Notes: a model not told the origin generated them from the letters alone. DNA of 33,653 nucleotides from Octopus bimaculoides (GCF_001194135.2 NC_069002.1:22844148-22877800), one strand, 5' to 3'. Shown: positions 1 to 11,199, numbered from the stretch's first letter. A program made the numbers and translations.

Positions 1-68
<68 letters not shown>

Positions 69-152
69 TGTGAGTATGTACACACACACACACACATATA
101 TATATACATATATATACTCACATGTATATTTGTATAAATATATATATATATA
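1..152. repeat. compound (TA)n/(TG)n/(CA)n microsatellite
   Basis: Direct reading: (TA)n 1-35, (TG)n about 35-66, then (CA)n and (TA)n tracts. Confidence 0.95.
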
Positions 153-459
153 TTACCCTTGTTTAATGCCTGCTTTCCTAGCTGGCATGGGTTGACTGGT
201 TTGACTGAGGACTGGTGAGCCAGAGGCTGTACCAGGCTCAGTCTGATCTGGCAATGTTTCTACAGCTGGATGCCCCTCCTGATGCCAACCACTCTGAGAG
301 TGTAGTGGGTGCTTATTACGTTCCACCAGCACAAAGGCCAGTCAGGTGTTTTACGTGCTACCTGCACAGGAGCCAGTCCGTGGCCCTGGCAATGATCCCG
401 CTCAGATATGCTTCTTTTAATGTTCCACTAGCACGAGTGCCAATCAGGTGGTACTGTCA

Positions 460-710
460 TCGGCCACGTCAGTGATTTTGATTTGTTTACACTTCCCTCA
501 ATAGGTCTTCGCAAGCAAAGTTCATTGTCCAATGAATGAGGGGTAGTCATAAGTGGGTCAGTTACACCCCACGTTCAGATGTGCTTTTAGCATTGTTGGC
601 CACGTCAGCAATTTTGATGATTTTGATTTCACTTGCCTCAATAAGTCTTCTCAAGCAAGGCTTTTTGTCCAATGAATGAGGGGTATTCATGAATGAGCTT
701 GTTACACCCA
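460..710. repeat. approx. 135-bp direct duplication inside the RTE 3' UTR
   Basis: ggccacgtcag...ttttgat...cacttNcctcaata...gtccaatgaatgaggggta...gttacaccc occurs at about 460-570 and again at about 598-710. Confidence 0.85.
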
Positions 711-734
711 CCGACATAGGCCATAGCTATGGTC

Positions 735-2285
735 TCACTTGGCTTGTCGGTTCTTCTCAAGCACAGCATATCTCCAGAGGTCCCGGTGCCTAGTCATTGC
801 CTTGGTAAGGCCCAATGTTTGAAAGTCATGCTTCACCACCTCATCCCAGGTTTTCCTGGGTCTACCTCTTCCACAGGTTCCCTCAACTTCTAGGGTGTGA
901 CATGTTTTCACACATCTGTCCTCATTCATTCGCAACATATGATCAATACCAGTGCAGTCGTCTCTCTTGCACACCACATCTGATGCTTCTTAAATCCAAC
1001 TTTTCTCTCAGGGTGCTTAGACTCTGTCATGTATTCACACTGACATCCGGTGGAGCATACTGGCTTCATTCTTTGCAAGCTTACGCATGTCCTCAGCAGT
1101 CACAGCCCATGTTTCTCTGCCATGTAACATGGCTGTTCGCACACATGCGTCATACAGACCTTTTGTCACTAGCAGAGGTAGGAGCTCTCTGAACTTTGCC
1201 CAGGCTATTCTTATTCTAGCAGCTACACTTTCAGAGCATTTACCCCTGCTAGTGACTTGGTCCCCTAGGTAACGGAAGCTATTAACTACTTCTAGTTTTT
1301 CTCCCTGGATTGTGATAGAAGTTGTTCTCTGTACATTTTCAGTGTTTATAGCATCTGAGCATTTGCCACATACAAAATCTATCTTCCCAGTTAGCCTCCC
1401 TTTGATATTGCTGCACCTCTTATGTGTCCATAGCTTACGCTGGGTACATCTTATGGAGTTTCTACCTATGCCTTTTCTACAGATCGAGCAGGACCATCTA
1501 CCTGAATGGATGTGTGGTTTGTCTGCCTTCCTACTTATTAAGACTTTGGTTTTAGCTAGGTTGACTCTAAGGCCCTTCGATTCTAGTCCTTGCTTCCACA
1601 CCTGAAACTTCTCCTCTAGTTCTGATAGTGACTCAGCAATTAGAGCAAGGTCATCATTATAGAGGAGCTCCAAGAGGCATCTTGTCTTGAATTCCTGTGT
1701 TATTGCCTGGAAGACTATGATGAATAAGAGGGGCTGAGGACTGATCCTTGGTGGACCCCTACCCCTACTCGGAATTCTTCATTGTACTCATTGCCACCCC
1801 TCACCCTATGACAGCATCCCTGTACATGGCTCGCACAGCTCGCACTAACCATTCATCTATCCCTAGTTTCCTCATTGACCACCAGATAAGGGATTGGGGG
1901 ACCCTGTCAAAGTCTTTCTCTGTGTCAACGAAAGGCAGGTACAGAGGTTTATCTTTGGCTAGGTATTTCTCCTGCAACTGCCTTACCAGAAATATAGCAT
2001 CAGTGGTGCTTTTCCCTGACACGAATCCAAACTGCATCTCATCTAGACTGACTCACTCCCTAATTAGTTGGGCTATGACCCTCTCCGTGACCTTCATTAC
2101 TTGATCCCACAACTTGATACCTCTGTAATTATTTGTATCTAGTGCGTCACCTTTGCGTTTGTAGCAGTTGACTATGGTCCTTCTACACCAGTCATTGGGT
2201 AATTACTCCTTCATAACTATACAGATGACTAGGCTATAGCCGACACCACTAGATATTTTGAGCCTCTCTGTGGTCATTTCCCTGC
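735..2285 (-). pseudogene. reverse transcriptase pseudogene (RTE ORF2 fragment)
   Basis: RT motifs are spread over several frames with stops; the catalytic YADD reads YNDD. Confidence 0.9.
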
Positions 2286-2290
2286 CTTCA

Positions 2291-3558
2291 TATTAGTGTT
2301 TTCAGAAAGTAATTACATTTTTTCACTACTATGAAATATGAATAAGTCAATCATGTTAGAGCCAATGTTGAATGGGCAGGAACTGTCTAGAAATAGGATA
2401 TCATTTCTTCTATCCTACAGTGTGTCATTCATAGTAATTTTGGTAATTAACCTCCATGGACAATGAGAACTTTATGAAACAACATATTCACCATTGCTTA
2501 CTGTATGAGTTTTGGAAAGCAAAGTTATGCTACAGAAGCAATGTAAAATATTTGTGAAGTGAATCTGGATACAGTGAAAGCTTGTACATGTCAGCTGTGG
2601 TTTAAAAGGTTTTAGGATGGTAATTGTGACATATCCAACAAGCTTCACTCTGGAAGATGACCCACTCTGAATGACAACCTTTTGAATGAGACTATTATAT
2701 TGGATCTACATCAAAACACCAGAGGTTTGGCACAACACTTTAATGTGTCATGTTCAACTATCCACAAACTTCTCAAGCAAATTTGGAAAACATGCAAAGG
2801 AATTTGGGTTCCACATAAGCTTATGCTTGAGAACTGAGCACAACGTTCCACCACCATCTTCACCAATCTTCTGATCAAGAATGACAACCTGTCATTTCTG
2901 CAGTACATTGTCACAGGTGATGTAAAATAGGTTTTGCATCACAGTAGAAAACGAAAAAGCTAATGGTTATTATGTAATATGAAGCCAGCACCAACACCAA
3001 AACCAGAGCTCCAGCCACAAAAATCCTTTGGTAGAACATGAAAGGTATCATCCATTATGAGCTACTGGAACATGGAAGGAACATCAATGCAGATGTCTAT
3101 TGTCAACAACCTGATCGTGTAACTGACAAATTATGTTGAAGGTGGCCAGCTTTGGTAAAGAGGAAAGGTGTTATTCTCCAGCATGACAAGGCATGGTCAC
3201 ACTCTTCAAAACAAAGCCAAGAAAAAATAAGATCATTAGGATGAGAAGTTCTTCCACATCCTCCACACTCACCTGACTCAGCACCTATGGATTTCCATCT
3301 GTTCTGATCACTGAAACATTTTATAAAAGCTAAAACATTCAGAAACAGAGGAAGTTGAAAACGGATTTTCAGACTTCTCTCAGGTAAAGAAATAGGTTTC
3401 TTTGAATGTGGCGTAGAAAAGTTATTTTCCCGTTGGGCTACAGTCATGGAAAACTATGGTGATTACATTCTTGATTAAAACTATTCAGATCAATGTAGTT
3501 TACATTCGTTTTCATATCCTTTCTGGTAAAATGCAATTACTTACCAAACACTCTCATA
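2291..3558 (+). mobile_element. full-length-sized, inactivated mariner (Tc1/mariner DD34D) element
   Basis: Decayed motifs GIWVPHKL (about 2800-2823), IVTGDVK* (for IVTGDEKW), KGIIHYELL, LQHDKA and HPPHSPDSAPMDFHLF. The imperfect TIRs (tattagtgttttcagaaagtaattacatttt at left; its approximate reverse complement ending at 3558) are TA-bounded. Length is about 1.27 kb. Confidence 0.85.
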
Positions 3559-3560
3559 TA

Positions 3561-3750
3561 TCATCATTATCATCATCGTCATCTTTTAACATGTTGTCCA
3601 TGCTGCCCAGGGTTGGATGGGTTGACCAGAGCTGGCAAGCTGGGGAGCTGCACCAGGTTCCACTCAGTTGTGGCATGGTTTCTACAGCTGGATGATCTTC
3701 CTAACATCAACCACTTTACAGAGTGTGCTTTTACATGGCACCACATGGGC
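3561..3750 (-). mobile_element. SINE or LINE 3' fragment with RTE-type tail and (ATG)n end
   Basis: Contains ttctacagctggatg..cttcctaac..caaccactttacagagtg, the reverse complement of the RTE 3' UTR core; (ATC)n at 3561-3583. Confidence 0.75.
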
Positions 3751-3809
3751 ACGTTTATGTGGCTATATATCTATGTTATATAACACACACGTGTGTGTGT
3801 GTGTTTATA

Positions 3810-3863
<54 letters not shown>

Positions 3864-3879
3864 TATATATGTGGTGGTT

Positions 3880-4330
3880 GTCTACTCCTTATGCAGAGTT
3901 TGACCACCTCCTGTACCTACACCTTAGATCCATCATGGCATCTAATGTGTCTTTTAAAACCAGACAATGTTCTGAAAAGACACCCACATAGATTGCATAT
4001 CCAGTTTGGACCACTATGAGCTGCAGCTAAGTTCTGATCTCTGTGAATCTTAAAATGTCTTTTGAGGCTTCCGTTAGATTTGCAAACCTTCTGGCATACA
4101 TTGCATTGAAAGGTATACACAGACATAGAGGCAGAATAGTTGGGGCAGGTTCGTTTTCCATGGGTTTGCAAATGAGATTCCAGCCCAGCAAAAGAGAGGC
4201 ATCGTCTGTCACAAACTGTGCACACAAAAAGGTCATTGTGATTCACCTTCTTGATCATAACATTCTTCCTTAAATCTCTTTTGAGTCTTGTATGCGTTAT
4301 CATGGCCTCTTCAAATGCTTTCACTCCATA
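3880..4330 (-). mobile_element. 3' end of a non-LTR retrotransposon ORF with three C2H2 zinc fingers
   Basis: ORF 3917-4357 has GVKAFEEAMITHTRLKRDLRK followed by CTVC..HLQTH, CNVC..HFKIH and CNLC..HIRCH. The first segment resembles the RTE-type C-terminus (G..FE..R...KR..RK then CxxC..S..GL.SH). It has no TGEKP linkers, is flanked by TA microsatellites, and its Met lies in the microsatellite. Confidence 0.65.
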
Positions 4331-4800
4331 TATATGTATATGTGTGTATATATGCACACATATTCACATGTAAGTTCCAGTTCTTGTGTGCTGTATTATA
4401 TATGAATCTTATATTAATTAATATCAACCCATCAAAAACACCAATATTTTAATTAATCTTTCCACTACTGTAAATGGTTCATTTATATCTGCCATGAATG
4501 TGGCCAGTTAATTGTATACTTTCACTGGAAAAAGAAGACCTGGGTATGTCTACCCTGAAGAATGGTCAACAAACCATGAAATGAGTCCCTTGAGAGTCTC
4601 CACTCAGCCTTTTTTTTTTTTTTTGCTATACATCAAAAATACAGTCTGAATGTGTTTATAAAAAAAGTTCACACAGTTAAATAGCTTTCAAATATTTACA
4701 TTTATTTCAATTCTTTTGATCTATGCTATCACACACACACAAGCACACACTTGTATGCATATGTGTGTGTTTACACACACACACACACACACACGTGCGT

Positions 4801-4834
<34 letters not shown>

Positions 4835-5254
4835 CAAATAAGAAAGTGGAGAGGATACAAAATCGAGAGACATCATCTGGTAGACATCCCAGTATGTCTA
4901 TTCATTCCACTGTATTAGATACTAGACATACTGGAATGCTTACCAGCTGATGTCTGTTGATTTTGTATCCCCTCCACTTTTTTATTTGCCATGTAAATCA
5001 AGGGTAAACCACTTTTTACCCCCACCCATATATAATACTCAGTTGCGAGATTGTCATGCAATAACTAGCACTTGGGTATGAATAATTGGGTACACTACCA
5101 CCAGTATATTGGATAGGTACTATCCTTTAGTTGGTTTCTCAACCTCTAACTCACACAGATATATATATATATATAAATATAATAATAAAGTGTAAAATCA
5201 TTAATGATTTTTGCCAAGTGGTCAGCGTGGAAATAAAACCTCATAGGTAAATTT

Positions 5255-5559
5255 TATAAATATTTTATAATTATATACATAATTATAACAAGGGCTTGGT
5301 TTATGCCTCACCACGCACTGAAAAATAGACGTCAAAAGACACTATTACCACCATAAATTCCCCGAGCAAAACACACCACATAATAGGCCATGAGAAGAAA
5401 GAAAATGAAAATGTTCATTTTATTTCTTCTCATGGTCTATTATGTGGTGTGTTTTTCTCGGAGAGTTTATGGTGGTAATAGTGTCTTTTGACGTCTATTT
5501 TTCAGTGCGTGGTGAGGCATAAACCAAGCACTTGTTATAATTATGTATATAATTACAAA

Positions 5560-5568
<9 letters not shown>
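5255..5568. repeat. near-perfect palindrome, 155-bp arms and 4-nt loop (fold-back element)
   Basis: 5255-5409 is the reverse complement of 5414-5568 with no indels and only scattered mismatches; loop aatg at 5410-5413; (TA)n lies on both sides. Confidence 0.95.
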
Positions 5569-5598
<30 letters not shown>

Positions 5599-5599
<1 letters not shown>

Positions 5600-8463
5600 T
5601 AGCAGAGATACCTGGCATTGCTCAGGAGTGAAATGGCATATTTGTTTATTCTTATCTTTTACTTGTTGAAAATATTTGACTGTGGCGTTACTAGAGAATT
5701 GCCTTTAGTTGAACGAATTGACCCCAAGTACGCATTCTATCAGTCTGTTTTGTGAAGCTGGTAATTCATGGGGACATAAACATACCGACATTAGTTGGCA
5801 AGCAATGTATATTTATATATATATATATATATATCGATACACACACACACACACACAGATATATATGTATATCAATATAAATACATGAAAGTACATGAAG
5901 TTTGGGTAAAAAAAGGTGATTATGTACATACCTCCTGGCTGTTCTGATTATAACACCTTGTTGTAAACAATGTTCCTTGTTTTTCCTTGTGGAGCATATG
6001 TAAAGAGGTTTCTTTTGCTTGCCACTCTTGAGCAGCCAACATACAGTTGTCCATGTGAGGAGCAGGGCTCTTCCAAGAGATTTGTTAATGGACATAGCAA
6101 AACTGACATGATGGGGGAATTGCAGTTTTCTGAATGTAAATGGGATTTCTGCTCCTGATGGAGTAAGAGGAATTCTTGGAATAAAGACGTCCTCACCTTT
6201 TCCACATCCAAAAAGAATGATAGTCTCGATAACATGTGACATCATTTTCTTTATCACCAGTCGTGTTCCATTGCAAAGTCTTGGTGGTTCTAGATTGCAG
6301 AGTAGCGTAACAAGAGTTCCAACTTTAAGTGCTAACATGTGGAGATGTAGTCCAAGAGGCTCCAACGAATTGAGAAATTCAGGTGGATAGTTCACCACTT
6401 CATTTTAATCTGGAATTGTATCAACAGACTTGTAAGTGTGAAGAGTGCCAGGAAGAGAATGCATTAGCTGTTGATTAATTTTTTTAATAGCAGCATTTTT
6501 TTGAGCTAATATTGCTCTTTCACACAGCCAATTGTGATTTTGGTAGTTTTCTGTGAAGCTGGGAAAGACTTTGTGTTTGAGGTAATCTACAGAATTAACA
6601 ACGGCGGAAAATGGTCACATTTCCATTTCTCCTGCAGCGTTGAGAGGCACCTTGCCATCACCAAGTGTCAAAATGTCCTGTGCAAACTTTGTGGATATTT
6701 GGTCACCGTGTAGCTGAGCTCTCATGTTAGTGGTAAGACTGAAGATTGTAACATGATGCAACAGCGTAGAGGACTTTAGGCATGCTTGGACCTCATCTGC
6801 TCTAGTGCCTTTCGGAATGACAGGAAGAGTTTGCCTGAAATTACCTGACAGCAGAAGCGTTACACCTCCCATTGAAGCCTGACAGTCTCGGATGTCTTTC
6901 AGGGCTCTATGTAATGCTTCCAAAGCTCTCTTGTGAGCCATGGTGCACTCATCCCAGATAATTAGATGACACCTTTTAAGTACCTGCCCTGAACTGAGCT
7001 TTTGTTGATGTTGCATGAAGGTATCTCGGATGTTGCTAAATTGAGAGGGAGTTTAAAAGTGGAGTGTGCTGTCCTGCCACCGGGTAACAAAGTAGCTGCA
7101 ATCCCAGAGGAGGCTACAGCTACTGCAATGTCCTGATGCTGCCTAACTTCTGCAAGGAGAAGCTTTGTAAGAAATGTTTTTCCTGTTTCTTCCAGGAGCA
7201 TCGAGGAAGAAGATTCGTCCCTCGTGTTGGCGTACACTGTTAAGAATAGTTGTGTAGGCCTGCAGTTGGTCTGGAAGTAATTCAGGCTGATTTTCAAGAA
7301 TGTGCTTTGAAAACGCTTGAGTGTCGTAGGATGTTTCACGAACGACAACAGTAGGAAGGCTGTTTGACCCTGACCTGAATGTTTGCGGCAGGCCATACGT
7401 GGGCAATTCCTTTCCACCCAGGGTAGCAATTCTGTTTTCAATGTCAATGAGAGTTTTGTTATAGACTTCATTGCTGATACCCTCCATGTCAGAATAGAGC
7501 CGTTGAGCTTGCCGCTTAAAGTCTTCAGCCAGGTTGTCCCTGTACTTGAGCCATAGAGTTGCAGGATCACACAGTTCGCATGTCTGTAGTAATACTGCAA
7601 ACAGTGCCCTGAGACTTTTAGGTGATTCTGATAAAGCAGCCTCTCCCAAAGTTTCATCCCATTGTGCACCATCTTCGAACAGACCTTGTCGATAGCAGGC
7701 TTCTCTGTATGTTGTACAGACATGTCCTTGAATGGTTTTAGGACCTGGAAACACGTTGGCCCTCTGACCTCATGCAGTAGTAGACAGAGGTAGAAGCACT
7801 CTTGTTGAGTGGGATGTACTGTGTATACTCGCCCAAGGCAAATGTCAAACTTAATACCAGGGTATCCATGAGCATTTTGACCTACTTTCCATGGGGTGCA
7901 TTTTTTTTCATTCCAAGTGTAGTGCGATGGAATCTGGATACAGCAAGGTTTGAGCGAGTGGATCCACTTGACAAAACTTGAAGAATGCAGTGAGTGTGGT
8001 ATCCCTTGCTTCCTCTGCCAACAGAGAAGCGTTTGCATAAGTGAAGTACACTCTTTGACCGTTTTCCAGGTGCACTGCAAGCTGTTGAATGGCAGGGTGT
8101 TGTTGGTGAAGTGGTTATTAGTAGGAGTGGTAGAGTGTTTATGACTAATATGCATGTATGCATGTATATATGTGAGGTAATAGTTTCACTATAATAGTAT
8201 TAAACTGAAAGTATCTCACATTGCAATGGAGAGATAGTATTGTTTCACATTTGACACGTAATACTGAAATAGTGTAAGAGATAAGAGATTACTGTGGTCT
8301 TGCATTAAGCAAGAAGTTGAAAATTTTTTGGCCCATGACGTTGCACGGACCTTAAGTAAGGCATGTGTAAAATTTGAATGAAATCGGTTGGGTAATTGTC
8401 GAGTTTTAGGGATTCACACAGACGGACGGACAGACACACATTCTCATCTTGACGTATATGAGA
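5599..8463 (-). mobile_element. internally deleted Helitron with both termini and a PIF1-family helicase remnant
   Basis: The 3' end is a cctg-agcaatgc-cagg hairpin followed by CTAG|T (5599-5602) inserted in (TA)n; the 5' end is A|TC at 8464/8463. Helicase motifs: GKTF..ASSGIAATLLPGGRTAHSTFKLP, LIIWDECTM, GGVTLLLSGNFRQTLPVIP, LCNGTRL, IPRIPL, QFP..SFAMSINKS. Upstream there is QLAVHLENGQRVYFT..TTLTAFF. Confidence 0.9.
5766..8155 (-). pseudogene. Helitron RepHel C-terminal (SF1B/PIF1 helicase) pseudogene
   Basis: ORF fragments 6962-8155, 7143-7754, 6615-7016, 5766-6398 and 5948-6235 tile the helicase across several frameshifts. No Rep HUH motifs were seen. Confidence 0.9.
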
Positions 8464-8760
8464 TAATAGTTTCACTTTAATAGTTTCAGTATTAAAGTGA
8501 AAGTATTAAAGTGAAAATATCTGACATGACAATAGAGAGATGTTATTGTTTCACTTTTGACACGTAATACTGCAATAGTGGAGGAGATATGATATTGCTC
8601 TGGGCTCACACTAGGCAAGAAGTTAAAAATTTTTTTGGCCTAAAACACTACCTGGACCTTAAATAAGGCATGTGTAAAATTTGAATGAAATTGGTTGTGT
8701 AGTTCTCAAGTTTTAGGGATTCACACAGACAGACAGACACACATTCTCATCTTCATATAT
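8179..8760. repeat. tandem duplication (approx. 286 bp) of the Helitron 5' terminal segment with (GACA/GACG)n
   Basis: 8179-8464 and 8465-8760 both begin aatagtttcact, share taaggcatgtgtaaaattt..gaatgaaat, and end gattcacacagac..acacacattctcatctt. Confidence 0.88.
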
Positions 8761-8803
8761 ATATATATCATTTATGTCCAAATTTAGCTAAATGCATTTT
8801 TTC

Positions 8804-9260
8804 NNNNNNNNNNNNNNNNNNNNNNNNNNNNNNNNNNNNNNNNNNNNNNNNNNNNNNNNNNNNNNNNNNNNNNNNNNNNNNNNNNNNNNNNNNNNNNNNN
8901 NNNNNNNNNNNNNNNNNNNNNNNNNNNNNNNNNNNNNNNNNNNNNNNNNNNNNNNNNNNNNNNNNNNNNNNNNNNNNNNNNNNNNNNNNNNNNNNNNNNN
9001 NNNNNNNNNNNNNNNNNNNNNNNNNNNNNNNNNNNNNNNNNNNNNNNNNNNNNNNNNNNNNNNNNNNNNNNNNNNNNNNNNNNNNNNNNNNNNNNNNNNN
9101 NNNNNNNNNNNNNNNNNNNNNNNNNNNNNNNNNNNNNNNNNNNNNNNNNNNNNNNNNNNNNNNNNNNNNNNNNNNNNNNNNNNNNNNNNNNNNNNNNNNN
9201 NNNNNNNNNNNNNNNNNNNNNNNNNNNNNNNNNNNNNNNNNNNNNNNNNNNNNNNNNNNN
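8804..9260. other. assembly gap
   Basis: Run of N. Confidence 1.
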
Positions 9261-9291
<31 letters not shown>

Positions 9292-9554
9292 AAGCAGCAG
9301 GTTGCAATGTTTCACCAAAAATAAGAATTATTATTGTCCCTAAATGTGACCAGGGTGTTAAAAATACCTACATTGCTAAAAATAAGAGCTAAAATGCTCT
9401 AATGCTATAGTTAATGTACATGAATGAAAACATATACATTAATAGGGACCATTATTGTCTGAAAAATTCTGACCGAGAATTCTTAAGACTGACATCAGTT
9501 TCAGCAATTTCCATTGCCTCATCAGTTAAGCCTGCTCGGTGTTTGGCTCTTAAT

Positions 9555-9798
9555 ACCTGTTTTCCATCCCAGCATGGGTTGGATGGTTTGACTTGAGCTG
9601 GTCAGTCAAAAGACTGCACCAGGCTCCAGGTGTCTGTCCTGGCATGGTTTCTATGGCTGGATGCTCTTCCTAAAACTAACCCCTCTACAGAGTGAGTTGG
9701 GTGCCTTTTACCTGGTGCTAGAATGAGTGCTTCTTCAGACGGTGCTAGCACAAATGGTGCTGGCATGGGTGCCTTTTGCATTATGCTGACACTGTGCA

Positions 9799-9800
<2 letters not shown>
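9555..9800 (-). mobile_element. SINE or LINE 3' fragment with RTE-type tail
   Basis: cccagcatgggttggatgg..ggcatggtttctatggctggatgctcttcctaa..ctctacagagtg, the same family as 3561-3750; it abuts (TG)n at 9804-9862. Confidence 0.75.
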
Positions 9801-9864
<64 letters not shown>

Positions 9865-10274
9865 GTATTGTGTGTTCTGTGTAAGTTGACTGCAGTATAA
9901 TGTTGATTATAAATCTGCTCAGTCAAGGCTGGTCTGAGGCTAAACAACAACAACAACAACAACAATAGCTGAAAAGGAAAGTGACACAGTGTTAGTGGGT
10001 AGGGTGGGATTTGAACTCAGAATCATGTGACACTGAAGTAGATCAATTCATCTTTACTACACAGCATTTTCTACGTAGATACATGATCCTGATTTGTAAT
10101 GGAATGTGACTATGTGATGTTCATGCCCTGCCTAGTATCACTGTGTGATGTCAGTGAAGTGACTTCAGCTGGGAACGAAATAACATACCTGTTACATTGT
10201 TTTGAGCATATGGTCTCATTCCAAGAATGGAATCATTATTTCTGCTGTGTTGCCTTATTTTTAATAATTCCACT

Positions 10275-10440
10275 AAAATATTCCATTGCTAACTGTGACA
10301 GTCCTTTGTTAAATATTGTATTGAGTTCTAAATTGTGATATTCCACTGTTAACTGTGGCATTTCATTGTTAATTGTGGTATTGAACTGTTAACTGTGATG
10401 TTCCAGTGTTAACCTGGCATTCCACTGTTAACTGTGGTAA
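10275..10440. repeat. degenerate 20-bp minisatellite (about 8 units) with 60-bp higher-order period
   Basis: Units such as gtgatattccactgttaact (10335), gtggcatttcattgttaatt (10355), gtggtattgaactgttaact (10375) and gtgatgttccagtgttaacc (10395). Confidence 0.85.
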
Positions 10441-10533
10441 TCTTCTGTTTACTTTTTACAACCTAAGTACATTGGAGTATTTTGTTTTGGATTTGGTTAG
10501 CAAGATTCTTTATGTGAGTTCGTGTGTTGAAGC

Positions 10534-10757
10534 ATATTCTGTTGTGTCTAGGGAGAGTCATTCTCTTTTAGTGCCTTATAATTTAACGCACTCACCGGTA
10601 AAATTTCTACTTAGTTCTTTTTCATTTTTCTAAACTATTGAAAAGGTTGCAATGAAAATTTTAGAAAAATAAAAAAGAAATAAGTAGAAATTTTACCGGT
10701 GAGTGTGTTAAATAAGGCACCAAAAGAGAATGACTCTCCCGAGACACAACAGAATAT
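10534..10757. repeat. inverted repeat, approx. 100-bp arms and 25-nt loop
   Basis: 10534-10634 (atattctgttgtgtc..ctcaccggtaaaatttctactta..ttttctaaa) is the reverse complement of 10660-10757 apart from small indels. Confidence 0.93.
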
Positions 10758-11199
10758 TAAGAGTGTGTTGATCACATGTGACCCTATCTCATTCATATTT
10801 CTAATGATCAAAACTACTCACGTATTTTTAATTAAAACTGAAAAATAACCCAAAATCTGCAGAAATTTAATAAGATTATTAACTTGTGTATTATCAAACT
10901 GGTGTTTGGAATATAGCAGCAAAAAGTTGTTGCATTAAATAATGATGGATGGTTTTAATTTAGATATGAACAGTTTTAAAGCGAGGTGATTTGTATGCCG
11001 GGGCTGGAGCCAGTGTTAGCTCTGTTGATGTCAAAAAGGTTAACAGCAATTATTTACCAGGAATGGAGTCATAAGTAGATCAAAAGAGATTTTGGCGAGT
11101 CATGAGTTAGTTATACTTTGCAGTATATGTGTGTGTATGTATGTGTATGTGCGAGTGTGGTGATGGTCTCTCCTATCAAAGACGATGTATCAGTGTTCA

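Larger units (their letters stand above)
160..2285 (-). mobile_element. 5'-truncated RTE-clade LINE (RT domain, C-terminus and long 3' UTR), frameshifted
   Basis: Minus-strand ORF pieces 1801-2037 (QFGFVSGKSTTDAIFLVRQLQEKYLAKDKPLYLPFVDTEKDFDRVP), 1035-1673 (LLYNDDL for YADD; GLRVNLAKTK; FRYLG; RIRIAWAKFREL) and 735-977 (EGTCGRGRPRKTWDEVV) are typical RTE ORF2 motifs. The 3' UTR runs down to about 160 and is homologous to the plus-strand copy at 31450-31976. Confidence 0.92.

Noticed and set aside
3917-4357. Host C2H2 zinc-finger gene
   Set aside because: No TGEKP linkers, the start Met lies in a microsatellite, and the N-terminal part resembles a LINE ORF2 C-terminus; kept as TE-derived with moderate confidence.
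5320-5345. Hammerhead core in the 155-bp palindrome (CTGAAAA-atagacgtc-AAAA)
   Set aside because: Both G8 and G12 are A in both arms and there is no helix II, so there is no support.
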